This document shows, piece after piece, positions 28,484 to 37,921 of a stretch of 64,000 nt of DNA. Both the position numbers and the translations under genes were made by a program. This DNA comes from Myxococcota bacterium (GTDB lineage Bacteria > Myxococcota_A > UBA9160 > SZUA-336), in NCBI GenBank assembly GCA_965247115.1, contig CBDFGR010000002.1, positions 2,080,001-2,144,000 on the forward strand, in the 5' to 3' direction. Each line of letters begins with the position of its first letter. Within the stretch, counting starts at the first letter, position 1. The notes below the pieces were generated by a model, which saw only the letters and a list, made by a program, of their open reading frames with translations, searched no databases and was not told the DNA's origin.

Positions 28484-30765
28484 GCGACGAGGAGCGCAAG
28501 TTCAAGTGGGTGGGGACTCGCCCCATCCGCCCAGACGGTCTCGATAAGGTCACGGGCCGCGCAAACTTTGGCGCCGACATGTCTTTCCCGGGCATGCTCG
28601 AGGGCAAGGTTCTGCGGAGTCCGCACGCGCACGCGAAGATTCTGTCGATCGACACGAAGGCCGCGCGCGCCTTGCCGGGCGTGAAGGCGATCATCACGGG
28701 TGCGGACTTCCCCGACCTCGTCAGCGAGGCCGGCGCAGGCGGCGAGGCCGGCGCAGGCGGCGAGGACGACGTCGACTTCGCCGACCTGAGCCAGAACGTC
28801 ATCGCTCGCCACAAGGTGCTCTACCACGGCCAGGCCGTGGCGGCCGTCGCCGCGACCTCCTTCGCCGAGGCCGAGGCCGCGCTCGACGTGATCCGCGTCG
28901 AGTACGAGGTGCTGAAGCCGGTGCTGAGCCTCAAGGAGGCCCTGGCGCCCGACGCGCCGATCCTCCACGAGTACATGATTACCCAGGGTGTCGAGCCAAC
29001 GCCGGAGAAGGCCTCGAACGTCGCCTCGCGCCTCGAAATGGGTCGCGGGGATGTCGAGGCCGGGTTCGCGGACGCGGACGTGGTCGTCGAGCGCGAGTTC
29101 GACACCGAGATGGTGCACCAGGGCTACATCGAGCCGCACGCGGTCGTGGCACGCACAGGCGAGGACGACCAGTCGGTCGTCTGGTGCTGCACCCAGGGCG
29201 CGTTCATGGTGCGCGCGTTCTCGGCGAAGGTGCTCGGTCTCGATCACTCGCAGATCAAGGTCATCCCGAGCGAGATTGGCGGCGGGTTCGGCGGCAAGAC
29301 GACCATCTACCTGGAGCCGCTGGCCATCCTGTTGTCCCGCAAGACGGGCCGCCCCGTCCGGCTGGTCATGACGCGGGAAGAGGTCTTCCGGGCGACGGGC
29401 CCGACCTCCGGTTCGCATGTCCGCGTGAAGATCGGCGCCAAGCGCGACGGCCGTTTCACGGCCGGGGATGCGACGCTGACGTACGAGGCGGGCGCGTTCA
29501 AAGGCTCACCTGTGGCCCCGGGCGTGATGACGATGCTCTCGCCGTACGCCATGCCCGCGGTGAAGCTCGAGGGCTTCGACGTCGTGGTCAACAAGCCGAA
29601 GGTCGCCCCGTATCGCGCGCCGGGCGCGCCCATGGCGGCCTTCGCGGCGGAGCAGGTGATCGACGAGATCGCTCGCGAGCTCAACATGGATCCGATTGAC
29701 CTGCGACTCAAGAACGCCGCGGTCGATGGAACCCAGGCACCCTATGGTCCGAAGTTCAAGCAGATCGGCTTCGTCGAGACGCTCGAGGCCGCCAAGGCGC
29801 ACCCGCACTATTCCGCACCCCTGGGTCCGAACCAGGGCCGCGGCGTGGCTTCGGGTTTCTGGTTCAACGCCGGAGGGCAGTCGAGCGCCGACGTTCGCCT
29901 GAACGAGGACGGTACGGCCACTGTCGTCACGGGGAACCCGGATATCGGCGGCTCGCGCGCCTCGATGGCGCTCATGGCCGCCGAGGAGCTCGGGATCGAC
30001 GTCTCGCGCGTGCGGCCTCTGGTGGCCGATACCGAGGTCGTCGGTTACTCCGATATGACCGGCGGCAGCCGCGTCACCTTCGCGACGGGCATGGCCGTGA
30101 TCGAGGCGGCGGCCGACGTCGTGCGTCAGCTCCGCGAGCGCTCCGCAGCGCTCTGGGAGGTCGACGTCGACACGGTTCGATGGGAAGGGGGTCGCGCCAT
30201 CAACGAGAAGGGCGACATCTTCACGATCGAGCAACTCGCTCGCCGCGCTCCGCGCACGGGCGGGCCCATTGCCGGCAAGGCGTCGCTCAACGCACAGGGC
30301 GTCGGGCCCTCGTTCGCAACCCACATCTGCGATGTGGAGGTGGACGAGGAGACCGGAGCCGTCAGCGTCAAGCGCTACACCACGGTGCAGGACGTGGGCA
30401 AGGCCGTTCACCCGAGCTACGTCGAGGGCCAGCTGCAAGGCGGCGCGGCCCAGGGCATTGGCTGGGCACTCAACGAGGAGTACATCTACGACGAGAAGGG
30501 CGTGATGGAAAACGCCGGGTTCCTGGATTACCGGATCCCGGTGGCCTCCGACCTCCCCATGATTGACACGGTCCTCGTCGAGGTCCCCAACCCTGGCCAC
30601 CCCTACGGCGTCCGCGGTTGCGGGGAGACTCCGATCGTCCCGCCGCTCGCGACTGTGGCCAACGCGATTCACGATGCGACCGGCCTTCGGATGACGCAGC
30701 TCCCCATGTCGCCGCCCCGCCTGCTGGAGGCCATCGACAGCCGGAGGCTGCCGAAGGCGAGCTAG
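28480..30765 (+). CDS. Xanthine dehydrogenase-family molybdopterin-binding subunit (CoxL/XdhA-like)
   Basis: KVTGRANF, IGGGFGGK, YRAPGAP, GGSRVT, VEGQLQGG, GVRGCGE; 18-bp tandem duplication (EAGAGG x2) near 28724. Confidence 0.92.
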   Translation: MSDEERKFKWVGTRPIRPDGLDKVTGRANFGADMSFPGMLEGKVLRSPHAHAKILSIDTKAARALPGVKAIITGADFPDLVSEAGAGGEAGAGGEDDVDFADLSQNVIARHKVLYHGQAVAAVAATSFAEAEAALDVIRVEYEVLKPVLSLKEALAPDAPILHEYMITQGVEPTPEKASNVASRLEMGRGDVEAGFADADVVVEREFDTEMVHQGYIEPHAVVARTGEDDQSVVWCCTQGAFMVRAFSAKVLGLDHSQIKVIPSEIGGGFGGKTTIYLEPLAILLSRKTGRPVRLVMTREEVFRATGPTSGSHVRVKIGAKRDGRFTAGDATLTYEAGAFKGSPVAPGVMTMLSPYAMPAVKLEGFDVVVNKPKVAPYRAPGAPMAAFAAEQVIDEIARELNMDPIDLRLKNAAVDGTQAPYGPKFKQIGFVETLEAAKAHPHYSAPLGPNQGRGVASGFWFNAGGQSSADVRLNEDGTATVVTGNPDIGGSRASMALMAAEELGIDVSRVRPLVADTEVVGYSDMTGGSRVTFATGMAVIEAAADVVRQLRERSAALWEVDVDTVRWEGGRAINEKGDIFTIEQLARRAPRTGGPIAGKASLNAQGVGPSFATHICDVEVDEETGAVSVKRYTTVQDVGKAVHPSYVEGQLQGGAAQGIGWALNEEYIYDEKGVMENAGFLDYRIPVASDLPMIDTVLVEVPNPGHPYGVRGCGETPIVPPLATVANAIHDATGLRMTQLPMSPPRLLEAIDSRRLPKAS

Positions 30766-30768
30766 GGC

Positions 30769-30910
30769 GTGGCCACGGTCCAGTTCTCGAGCGGCCTGCG
30801 CCGTCACACCTACGGCGTGGGCCGCGTCGAGGTTCGTGCGAAGACGGTCCGCGCGCTGATCGCCGAGCTCGAGCAGCGGTTCCCGGCGCTCCGCGGCGAG
30901 CGATTGACGG
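30769..30910 (+). pseudogene. MoaD/ThiS-like fragment lacking the C-terminal GG
   Basis: MATVQFSSGLRRHT...VRAKTVRALIAELEQRFPAL. Confidence 0.6.
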
Positions 30911-31478
30911 AATTCCTGCAACTCCGCCGCGGGGGCGAGGCCAGCGGCCCATGCGTCCGCGAGTGTGCTGAGCTCCTCTTCGTAAAGGATCCAGACAGAG
31001 AGCTCCGAGAGCGCTTCCTTCTCGGTCTTCCTCTCGGAGAGCCGATTCGACCTCACTCGCGAGGCGTTACGTTCCTATCATGGAGGTGAGTGCCGGTGAG
31101 TAGTCTCCAGGGGGTGCCGCTCGACGACGAGCACCGCGAGCGGATCAGTGCAGGGCTACGCCGCTACCACGAACGTCGGCGTCGCGAGCGCCGCGTCATG
31201 CCCCGTGACCTCCACGAGCTTCGCACCAATGGGTCGATCTCGCCGAGCGTGCGACCCTTCGTCCACGACGGGGAGCAGGAGTGCCGCGAGCTGACCCAGC
31301 GCGTCAAAAAAGGTTGTCGAGGTCGAGGCTGTAACTGTGCGGGATACCGACGACGCGCCCAAGCGCTAGACCCCTAGTGGAATCGACCTTCAGCTCCATT
31401 GGCAGCACCGGTCGACCTGGGCGTTCGGGGTGGTGCTGCGGCCCTGGGTCGAGAAGTGGTAGCCGCCCGCCGTTCCCG

Positions 31479-31931
31479 CTAGCGGGTGTTGTTCTTCTCG
31501 CCGCGACGTCCGTCGGCGTTCCGGTCGCGGAAGCGGTCGTCGACCTGTTCCGCGACCGCGCGGACGCGGGCCGTCGAGGCGCGCCACGCCTCGATGAGGC
31601 GGTCCTCCCAGTCGTAGTCGAAGGCGTCCTGCAGGCCGCGCTCCGCCCTCCCTCCGGGCTTGGGAGGATTCTCGACGAGCCAGCGGGCCGTCCGGGCCAG
31701 TGCCTCGGGGGCGGGAACGACGTCGCGGTAGCCAAGCTCGTTGCGCAGGGCGGCGACGTCGGTCACGCGGTGGGTCGACCACGAGCTCGAGAGCAGGGCC
31801 ACGTAGACGGGAGCGCGCGGGTGCGTCGCGCCCAGGAAGTAGTGGCCGAGTCCCACAGTGGGCGCGCCGGGTGCCGCCTTCTGGTAGCGCTCGAAGAGCG
31901 CCCTGGAGCGGTCGAAGCGATAGGTCTGCAT
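31479..31931 (-). pseudogene. In-frame chimera: class III aminotransferase-like N-terminus plus NAD-dependent epimerase-like C-terminus
   Basis: MQTYRFDRSRALFER... joined to HRVTDVAALRNELGYRDVVPAPEALARTARWL. Confidence 0.5.
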
Positions 31932-31978
31932 GGGACGTCCTCCTGCCCGGATTGTAGTGCGGGAGGGCGGGGGCGTTC

Positions 31979-33088
31979 CTACGCCGGCTCGTTCTGGAAC
32001 TGCCGGTGGATCTCGACGAGGCCGGGGATGAGGACGATCCCCCAGACCGCGAACGCCAGCGCGACCCACGGGAGCGGGAGCAGCAAGAGTGCCAGGGCCC
32101 ACGCGCCCGCGAAGCCGTAGAAGCGACGGAGCATCTTGGCCGGACTGGCCGGGGGCTTGTCCCCGGGGCGCGCGAGCGGGAAGGCCTTCGGGCGCAAGAA
32201 CCAGCCGTGGGCGAGGAGGATCAGGAGAAAGCGGAACCAGGAGATATCCTCCGCACCGAGCTCCGGCGCGTCGTCGAGCGGGGGCTCCTCAGCGCTGGCG
32301 GCGAGTCGCGACCGCAGCTGGTTCCAGGTGTAGGTCGCGGACGGGCGGGCTCCGGCGCCGCTCATGTTGTTGCGCGTGGGCCTGCAGCGCCAGCGGTAGA
32401 GCACGCGGCCCTCGTTCGTGAGCGCCACCACGGCGGGCTGGTAGTAGCCCTTGGGGTGGGACGCCCAGGGCCGGTCGCGCAGGTGACCGAAGTCCCGGTT
32501 GAAGAAGACCTCGACGAGACCGCGCTCGCGGCAGGTCTCGAGGATCTCGTGGTGCGGATCGCCCACCGCGGGGAACCCGAACTCCCAGTCTTCCTCCGCT
32601 TCGGCGGCCAGGGTCTGCGGTTCGCTGGTGATGGCAAACACCTCGCCACCCGCTTCGCGGATGGCGTCGAGCACTCCCGACTTTCTGTAGCTCCGCAACT
32701 CGAAGCGACAGGGCGGTCACCACCTGCCGCGGTAGTAGAGCAGCAGGACGAACTTGTGCTTCGCGAGCTGAGCGTCGAGCCACGTGCGGCGCACGCCCGC
32801 AGGGGGGTCGAGAAGCGGCGGGATGGCGGGGTCGTCCGCCTCGATCGCGGTGACCTCGAAGCCGTCGCCCCGCGCCCGGATGCGGACCTGCTCGCGCGCG
32901 CAGACCTCGCCCTCGCACAGGACCAATCCGAGCTCGAGGGCGTCGCCCGGCTTCGCGGCCAGGGCTGCCTCGGTTTCGACCAGGCCGGTCAGGCGGAAGT
33001 GGCTTCCGCGCGTTTCGTTGAGCCACGCCAGGGCGGCGTCGGCCGGAAGTCTCAGCTGCGGAGGGATGTCTTCGAGCAGTTGTAGACG
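31979..33088 (-). CDS. Probable selenoprotein: AhpC/TSA (thioredoxin-fold) protein with UxxC motif and C-terminal membrane anchor; start codon not found
   Basis: LLLYYRGRW-TGA(32717-32719)-PPCRFELRSY is in frame with ORF 31979..32698; SECIS-like hairpin follows. Confidence 0.72.
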
Positions 33089-34840
33089 TCAGGCTCCCGG
33101 CGCGTACCCGTGGCGCAACAGCTTGCCCGGGGTCGCGCCGGTGCACTTGCCGTCCGCGAACGTGACCTCGCCGTTGACGACGATGGCGCGGTAGCCGATC
33201 GCGTGCTGCACGCGGCGCCACTCGCCTCCCGGGAAGTCGTGGGCGACCTCGCCGGTCCAGCGCGGGGAGATGTCGAGCGCGTCCAGGTCGTAGACGACGA
33301 TGTCGGCCGGAGCGCCGACCCGCAGCGTCCCGCGATCGCGGAAGCCCGCGGCGTGGGCGGGCAGCGCGCTCAGCCGGAAGTGCGCCTCCTCGAGGCTGAT
33401 CCGGGGCTCGTCGCGGACGAGCCACACCAGGAAGTCCGTGGTGAAGGCGCCGCCGGTGAAGAACTTCGTGTGCGCGCCCCCGTCGGAAACCCCGGGGAAC
33501 GTGTACATGGAGTCGTTGATCATCGCAGCCATGTGGTCGGCGTTCAGACCGCGCGCGGGGGGGGGCCCGAGGAACTCGACCTCGAGGTCTCCGGCGACGG
33601 CGACGTCCAGCATGGCGTCGACCGGGAGCTTGCCCTCCTCCTCGGCGATCTGCGCGACCGACTTTCCGACGTACTTCTCGAGCTCGGCGTGGCCCTTCAC
33701 GTCCTGGACGAGCAGCTTCTCCATCGGGCCGCCCACCCCGGCCTGGACGATGCGGAGCTTCTCCGCGACCTCGCTCATGGACTCGCGGCGCATCTCCTCG
33801 CGGATCTTGGGGTCGGAGAGCTTCTTCAGCCGCTCCTCCTTGCTTCCCGTGGTCGCCTTGCGCCACGCGCGACTCGCGTCGTAGAGGTTCCAGTCCTCGA
33901 GCGTGAAAACGAAGCCCGCGCGCAACGTCCCGCCCTGGCCGAACATCTGGAGCCCCTCCTCCCGGCAGCGGTCGATCCACTCCAGCCGCTTCTCGTGGAT
34001 CCGCGGGTTCCTGGGGCTGACCGGCACCGCGTTGTGGAGGATCGGGCGCTGCGCCACGCGGGCCAGCTCGGCCTGGAACGCCAGGTCGCGCCGGTTGTGG
34101 CCCGTGGCCTGCGTGATCTGGATGAAGCCCTCGTCGCGCTCTCGCAACACCTCGGCCAGGCAGAGGATGTCCTCGTCGACCATGGTGTCTGTGACCATGG
34201 GAGATCCGTCGAAGTCGGCCTGGGTGGAATCCTTGCCCAGTCGTTGAATCGAGAAGCCACACAGACCCGCGTCCATTCCCTCGTGGAGCAGCCGCTGCAT
34301 CTCCGCGCGCTCCGCCGGGGTGGCCGGGCGGGTCTTGGCGGCCTCCAGGCCCATCACGTAGGTCATGAGCGACGCGGTGGGCATGTACTGCAGGCAGTTG
34401 ACGCCCTTGGGCGCGCGATCCAGGGAGTCGAGGTACTCGGGGATCGTCTCCCAGTCCCAGTTCATCCCCTCCTGCATCGACTCCATGGGGATGGCCTCGG
34501 TCCGCGTCATCGTGAGCATGGAGCGCTCCCGGAACTCGGGTCGGACCGGTGCGAACCCGAACCCGCAGTTCCCGAGCACGACGGAGGTCACCCCGTGCCA
34601 GCTGGAGATCGTACACCACGGGTCCCAGCGGATCTGGGCGTCGTAGTGGGTGTGAAGGTCCACGAAGCCGGGGGCGACGATGTGTCCGCCAGCGTCGACC
34701 TCGCGCGCGGCGGCGCCCGGGGCCCGGCCGCCGATCTGCGCGATCCGTCCGTCCTTCACCCAGAGGTCACCCGCGAACCGGGGAACCCTCGTCCCGTCCA
34801 CGATCGTGCCGCCGCGAATGTGCAGGTCATACTCGGCCAC
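33089..34840 (-). CDS. N-acyl-D-amino-acid deacylase family amidohydrolase
   Basis: PGFVDLHTHYDAQ, GVTSVVLGNCG, SDGGAH; GTG 34840 after GGGAGG. Confidence 0.9.
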   Translation of the reverse strand: MAEYDLHIRGGTIVDGTRVPRFAGDLWVKDGRIAQIGGRAPGAAAREVDAGGHIVAPGFVDLHTHYDAQIRWDPWCTISSWHGVTSVVLGNCGFGFAPVRPEFRERSMLTMTRTEAIPMESMQEGMNWDWETIPEYLDSLDRAPKGVNCLQYMPTASLMTYVMGLEAAKTRPATPAERAEMQRLLHEGMDAGLCGFSIQRLGKDSTQADFDGSPMVTDTMVDEDILCLAEVLRERDEGFIQITQATGHNRRDLAFQAELARVAQRPILHNAVPVSPRNPRIHEKRLEWIDRCREEGLQMFGQGGTLRAGFVFTLEDWNLYDASRAWRKATTGSKEERLKKLSDPKIREEMRRESMSEVAEKLRIVQAGVGGPMEKLLVQDVKGHAELEKYVGKSVAQIAEEEGKLPVDAMLDVAVAGDLEVEFLGPPPARGLNADHMAAMINDSMYTFPGVSDGGAHTKFFTGGAFTTDFLVWLVRDEPRISLEEAHFRLSALPAHAAGFRDRGTLRVGAPADIVVYDLDALDISPRWTGEVAHDFPGGEWRRVQHAIGYRAIVVNGEVTFADGKCTGATPGKLLRHGYAPGA

Positions 34841-34869
34841 GGGGAAGCCTCCCTTCACTAGGTGGAAGC

Positions 34870-34909
34870 ATTATAGGCGTCGTTCGCTAACTGTTTCAAC
34901 GCGAACGAC
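34870..34909 (-). promoter_or_regulatory. sigma70-like promoter overlapped by a 9-bp inverted repeat (putative operator)
   Basis: Minus strand TTGAAA-N18-TATAAT; GTCGTTCGC-N13-GCGAACGAC at 34879-34909; variant copy at about 57339..57378. Confidence 0.6.
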
Positions 34910-34969
34910 ACGAGTCGCAACTCATCGGGTATTCAAGACCCGCCGACGTCCGGTGGCACAGGGGAGGAC

Positions 34970-37247
34970 GTGGGGCGTACCCGCCGTCCGAAGACGGTTC
35001 AGTCCTACAAGATCGCGGTCATCAAGCTGATCGAGTGCGTCCCGGCAGCACGCGAGCGCTACATCACGCGCGCCGACCTGATCAAGTTCCGGGACTGGCG
35101 CGCGGACACGACTTCGGTGTCCAGCGCGAACCGCGACCTCAAAGCTCTGAAGGCGTGCTTGTCGTGGAGCTGGTTGAACGAGCTGGGCCACCCGCCTGTC
35201 AACCTGAAGCGCCTGCTCTTGCAGCCTCCGCCTCGCAAGGACGAGACACTCACCCCTGACGAGGTTGAGCGGGTCATGAAGGCATCGGAGTTCGACGTGC
35301 CCGTGCGCATCGTGCTGCGGATCTGCCACGCGACTGGGTTCAGGCTGGGTGAGGTCCTGAACCTGATCTGGTCTGACGTGGACGAGATCAGCATCACCGC
35401 GAAGCCGTGGTGGCAACCGAAGACAGACGCGGCGATCCGGACGGTCTACCCCCCTGAGCTAGCCGAGTGGCTCGTCGAGTACCGCGAGACGCTGCGGCAT
35501 GGTGGCGCGGGCGACCGCGTATGCCAGCAGCATGAGATGTCGGGCAAGTTTGCCCAAGGCCGACGCGGTCTTCTGCCGACCTACAGTGAAAAACTGAATG
35601 CAAACGACTGCTCATCGCCCCGCAGTCCAACCTCATCGGCCGAGGAGTGGGCCTCAGAGCGAATACAGAGACCCTCCCCACCGTGCACCTCAACACAGAT
35701 CATTTCTGTCCCAGCAGCATCATGCTTCCCTCGACGCCGTAGGAGGCGGACACGAAATTCGGCCCGAGCCCAAGGAGAGTCCGTCAGAGAATTAGCCTAG
35801 AGTTCGATGCGATATAGCTTGCAGGCGTTCTCGCAGACGATCTTGCGGGTAACCGCTTCGGGCACATCGGCAAAATCTCTTTCAATGACTCTTTGCGAGT
35901 GGGGCCACGTCGAGTCCGCATGCGGGAAATCCGACGCCCACATGTAGTTGTCCTCGCCGAAAAACCGGTAGTTGGCCGGCGCTACCGGATCGTCTTGAAA
36001 CGTGGCCCAGATCTGCCTCTTGATGTACTCGCTCGGTTTCATCGGGATCTGAATCTTCATCATGCTCCCGAATTTCTCGTGGACATGGTCCAGACGGTAC
36101 AGGTAATGGGGGAACCAGCCTGCATCGTTTTCGGCAGAGACGATCGGGAGTTCCGGAAAACGTTCCAGGACACCACCGAAGATCAAGGTCGTGAGCGACA
36201 GCTGTACCTCATGCAGGATACGCATTTCCCAAACGCCAATCGAGCGAAAGTCGATCTGGCCCGCTTTGCTCTTGCCCGTGATGACGTGGAGTGAGAGCGG
36301 CATGTGGAGCTCAGAGGCCACCTGCCAGAAGGGATCGTAGACTTCGTCGTCGTAGGGTCTGTCTTCCGGTGGAGCCCCCCAGATCATCGCCCCTTTGAGG
36401 CCGTTCCTGGCGCACCGCTCGAGTTCCTTGACGCCCTCTGGAATATCTTCGAGCGAGATGAGCGCGATTCCATAGAGGCGTTTTGGAGCGTGCGAACAGA
36501 ACTCCCTTACCCAGTTGTTGTAAACCTCAAAGCAGGCCCGCTGCAGCTCCGCATCGTCCATCTGAAAGAGCGGCATGCCGAGAGTGGTGTACAGCACCTC
36601 AGCGTGGACGCCATCGACCTCCTGGTCCTTGAGCCGTTCTACCGGATCCCAGCCACTCGGCCTGGCGGCCTCGTAGCCCCTCTGCATGTGCTCTTTCAGT
36701 TCCTCGCCGCTTCTTCCGCTGGCGAACCCACCCGCCACAGGGAAGGGATTGATTCCGGGAGCGAGAAACGAATACCCCGGCTTTCCCTCATTCTTGACTA
36801 CCTGAGGAGCCCGGTCGCGGAACTTCTTGTCTAGCCGCTCGGTCCACAGATCGGCTGGCTCCATCATGTGCGAGTCGGCGGAAATCACACGCAGTGCCAT
36901 CCGGGCCTCCGAGGGCGTTTCTTCTCACACTTCTCTTGTCGGCCGGCACACTCTACATTGAGCGACGTGCATCGGGCAAGCCCTGGGGGCACAGAGTCCA
37001 CGAGAGGCTACGCCGGGTCTACGAGCGAGCTGGAATCTCGGGGAAGAAGCCGACGCACAGCCTGAGGCACACGATGGCATCCGACCTCGTTCAGTCTGGC
37101 GCTCCGATCCACGTGGCACAGCGGCACCTGGGGCACGCCAGCGCGAGCGTGACGCTGGCGGTGTACGCGCACGCGAAGTGGGACGGGCTGCGGCAGGCCG
37201 GCGCGGCTCTGGAAGAGTACCGGCGGGGCCACCAGGGACGGGACTGA
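34970..37247 (+). pseudogene. Tyrosine recombinase/integrase split into 34970..35548 and 36972..37247 by a 1.4-kb insertion
   Basis: TGFRLGEV and ITAK in the left part; HSLRH, LGH and VYAH in the right part; TCGGGCAAG at both junctions. Confidence 0.85.
35797..36900 (-). CDS. Amidohydrolase_2-family protein (cargo inserted into the integrase)
   Basis: ISADSHMMEP, AENDAGW, MWASDFPHADS; GGAGG RBS. Confidence 0.9.
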   Translation of the reverse strand: MALRVISADSHMMEPADLWTERLDKKFRDRAPQVVKNEGKPGYSFLAPGINPFPVAGGFASGRSGEELKEHMQRGYEAARPSGWDPVERLKDQEVDGVHAEVLYTTLGMPLFQMDDAELQRACFEVYNNWVREFCSHAPKRLYGIALISLEDIPEGVKELERCARNGLKGAMIWGAPPEDRPYDDEVYDPFWQVASELHMPLSLHVITGKSKAGQIDFRSIGVWEMRILHEVQLSLTTLIFGGVLERFPELPIVSAENDAGWFPHYLYRLDHVHEKFGSMMKIQIPMKPSEYIKRQIWATFQDDPVAPANYRFFGEDNYMWASDFPHADSTWPHSQRVIERDFADVPEAVTRKIVCENACKLYRIEL

Positions 37248-37659
37248 TCTGATGGGTGCCGCCCAGCCTCTCTGCGATGGGTGGCAGACAGTCCTCGTTG
37301 CACCGGAAACATCGCGCTCCCTCGGGTGCCTGGACCTAGGAGTACGCCGTGTGCCTTGACCTTGCCCGCCAGCTCCTCTGATCACGCGATCGTCGAGCTT
37401 CTCGATCTGACCAATCGCGGTCGTCTCTCCACGACGCTCCGAGTCTAGGAGGGAGAGCCGCTTTCTATTGAAGTCGATCCTCACAAAGTCGGCGAGGCTG
37501 ACCCCGTCCGCATCTCCCTTGACGCAGTCGCCGTCCACTCGGCACTCGACGGCGTCCATGAAGGCGCAGATGAACTCGGAAGAGCCGTCGAAAGTGTCCG
37601 CGCCCGCGGGAGCGGCGACGAGGAGGGCACACAGGCCGCGGAGTCAAGCTCCCGCTCGT

Positions 37660-37830
37660 TCTCGTGCAATCACCGGCAGATCTCGACGCTTCGAGGTGGG
37701 CGGAGCCACGCTCTCCTCCGCACTCGAGGCACTCATCCAGCAGCGGCCCGGCCTCGCTTACCACCTCTTCGACGACGCCCGCCAGATGCGACGCCACATT
37801 CTGTGCTTCTGCAACGACGAGTACCGGCGC
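37660..37830 (+). pseudogene. MoaD/ThiS-like fragment
   Basis: FEVGGATLSSALEALIQQRPGLAYHLFDD...HILCFCND. Confidence 0.55.
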
Positions 37831-37921
37831 GGCCGCGCTGTCGAAGATCCCTACTCGAAGCGACCGCTGAGTTCGATACTGGTATGTACCCTAGGGCCGA
37901 CCGAGCGTTCGCGCGGAGAAA

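Noticed and set aside
28724..28764. 18-bp tandem duplication in the molybdoenzyme gene as a phase-variable repeat
   Set aside because: Only two in-frame units in a probable loop; ordinary slippage.
33086..33091. Read-through of the D-aminoacylase UGA into the selenoprotein frame
   Set aside because: It is in frame, but there is no Cys-type motif or convincing SECIS; a deletion that removed the native start is simpler.
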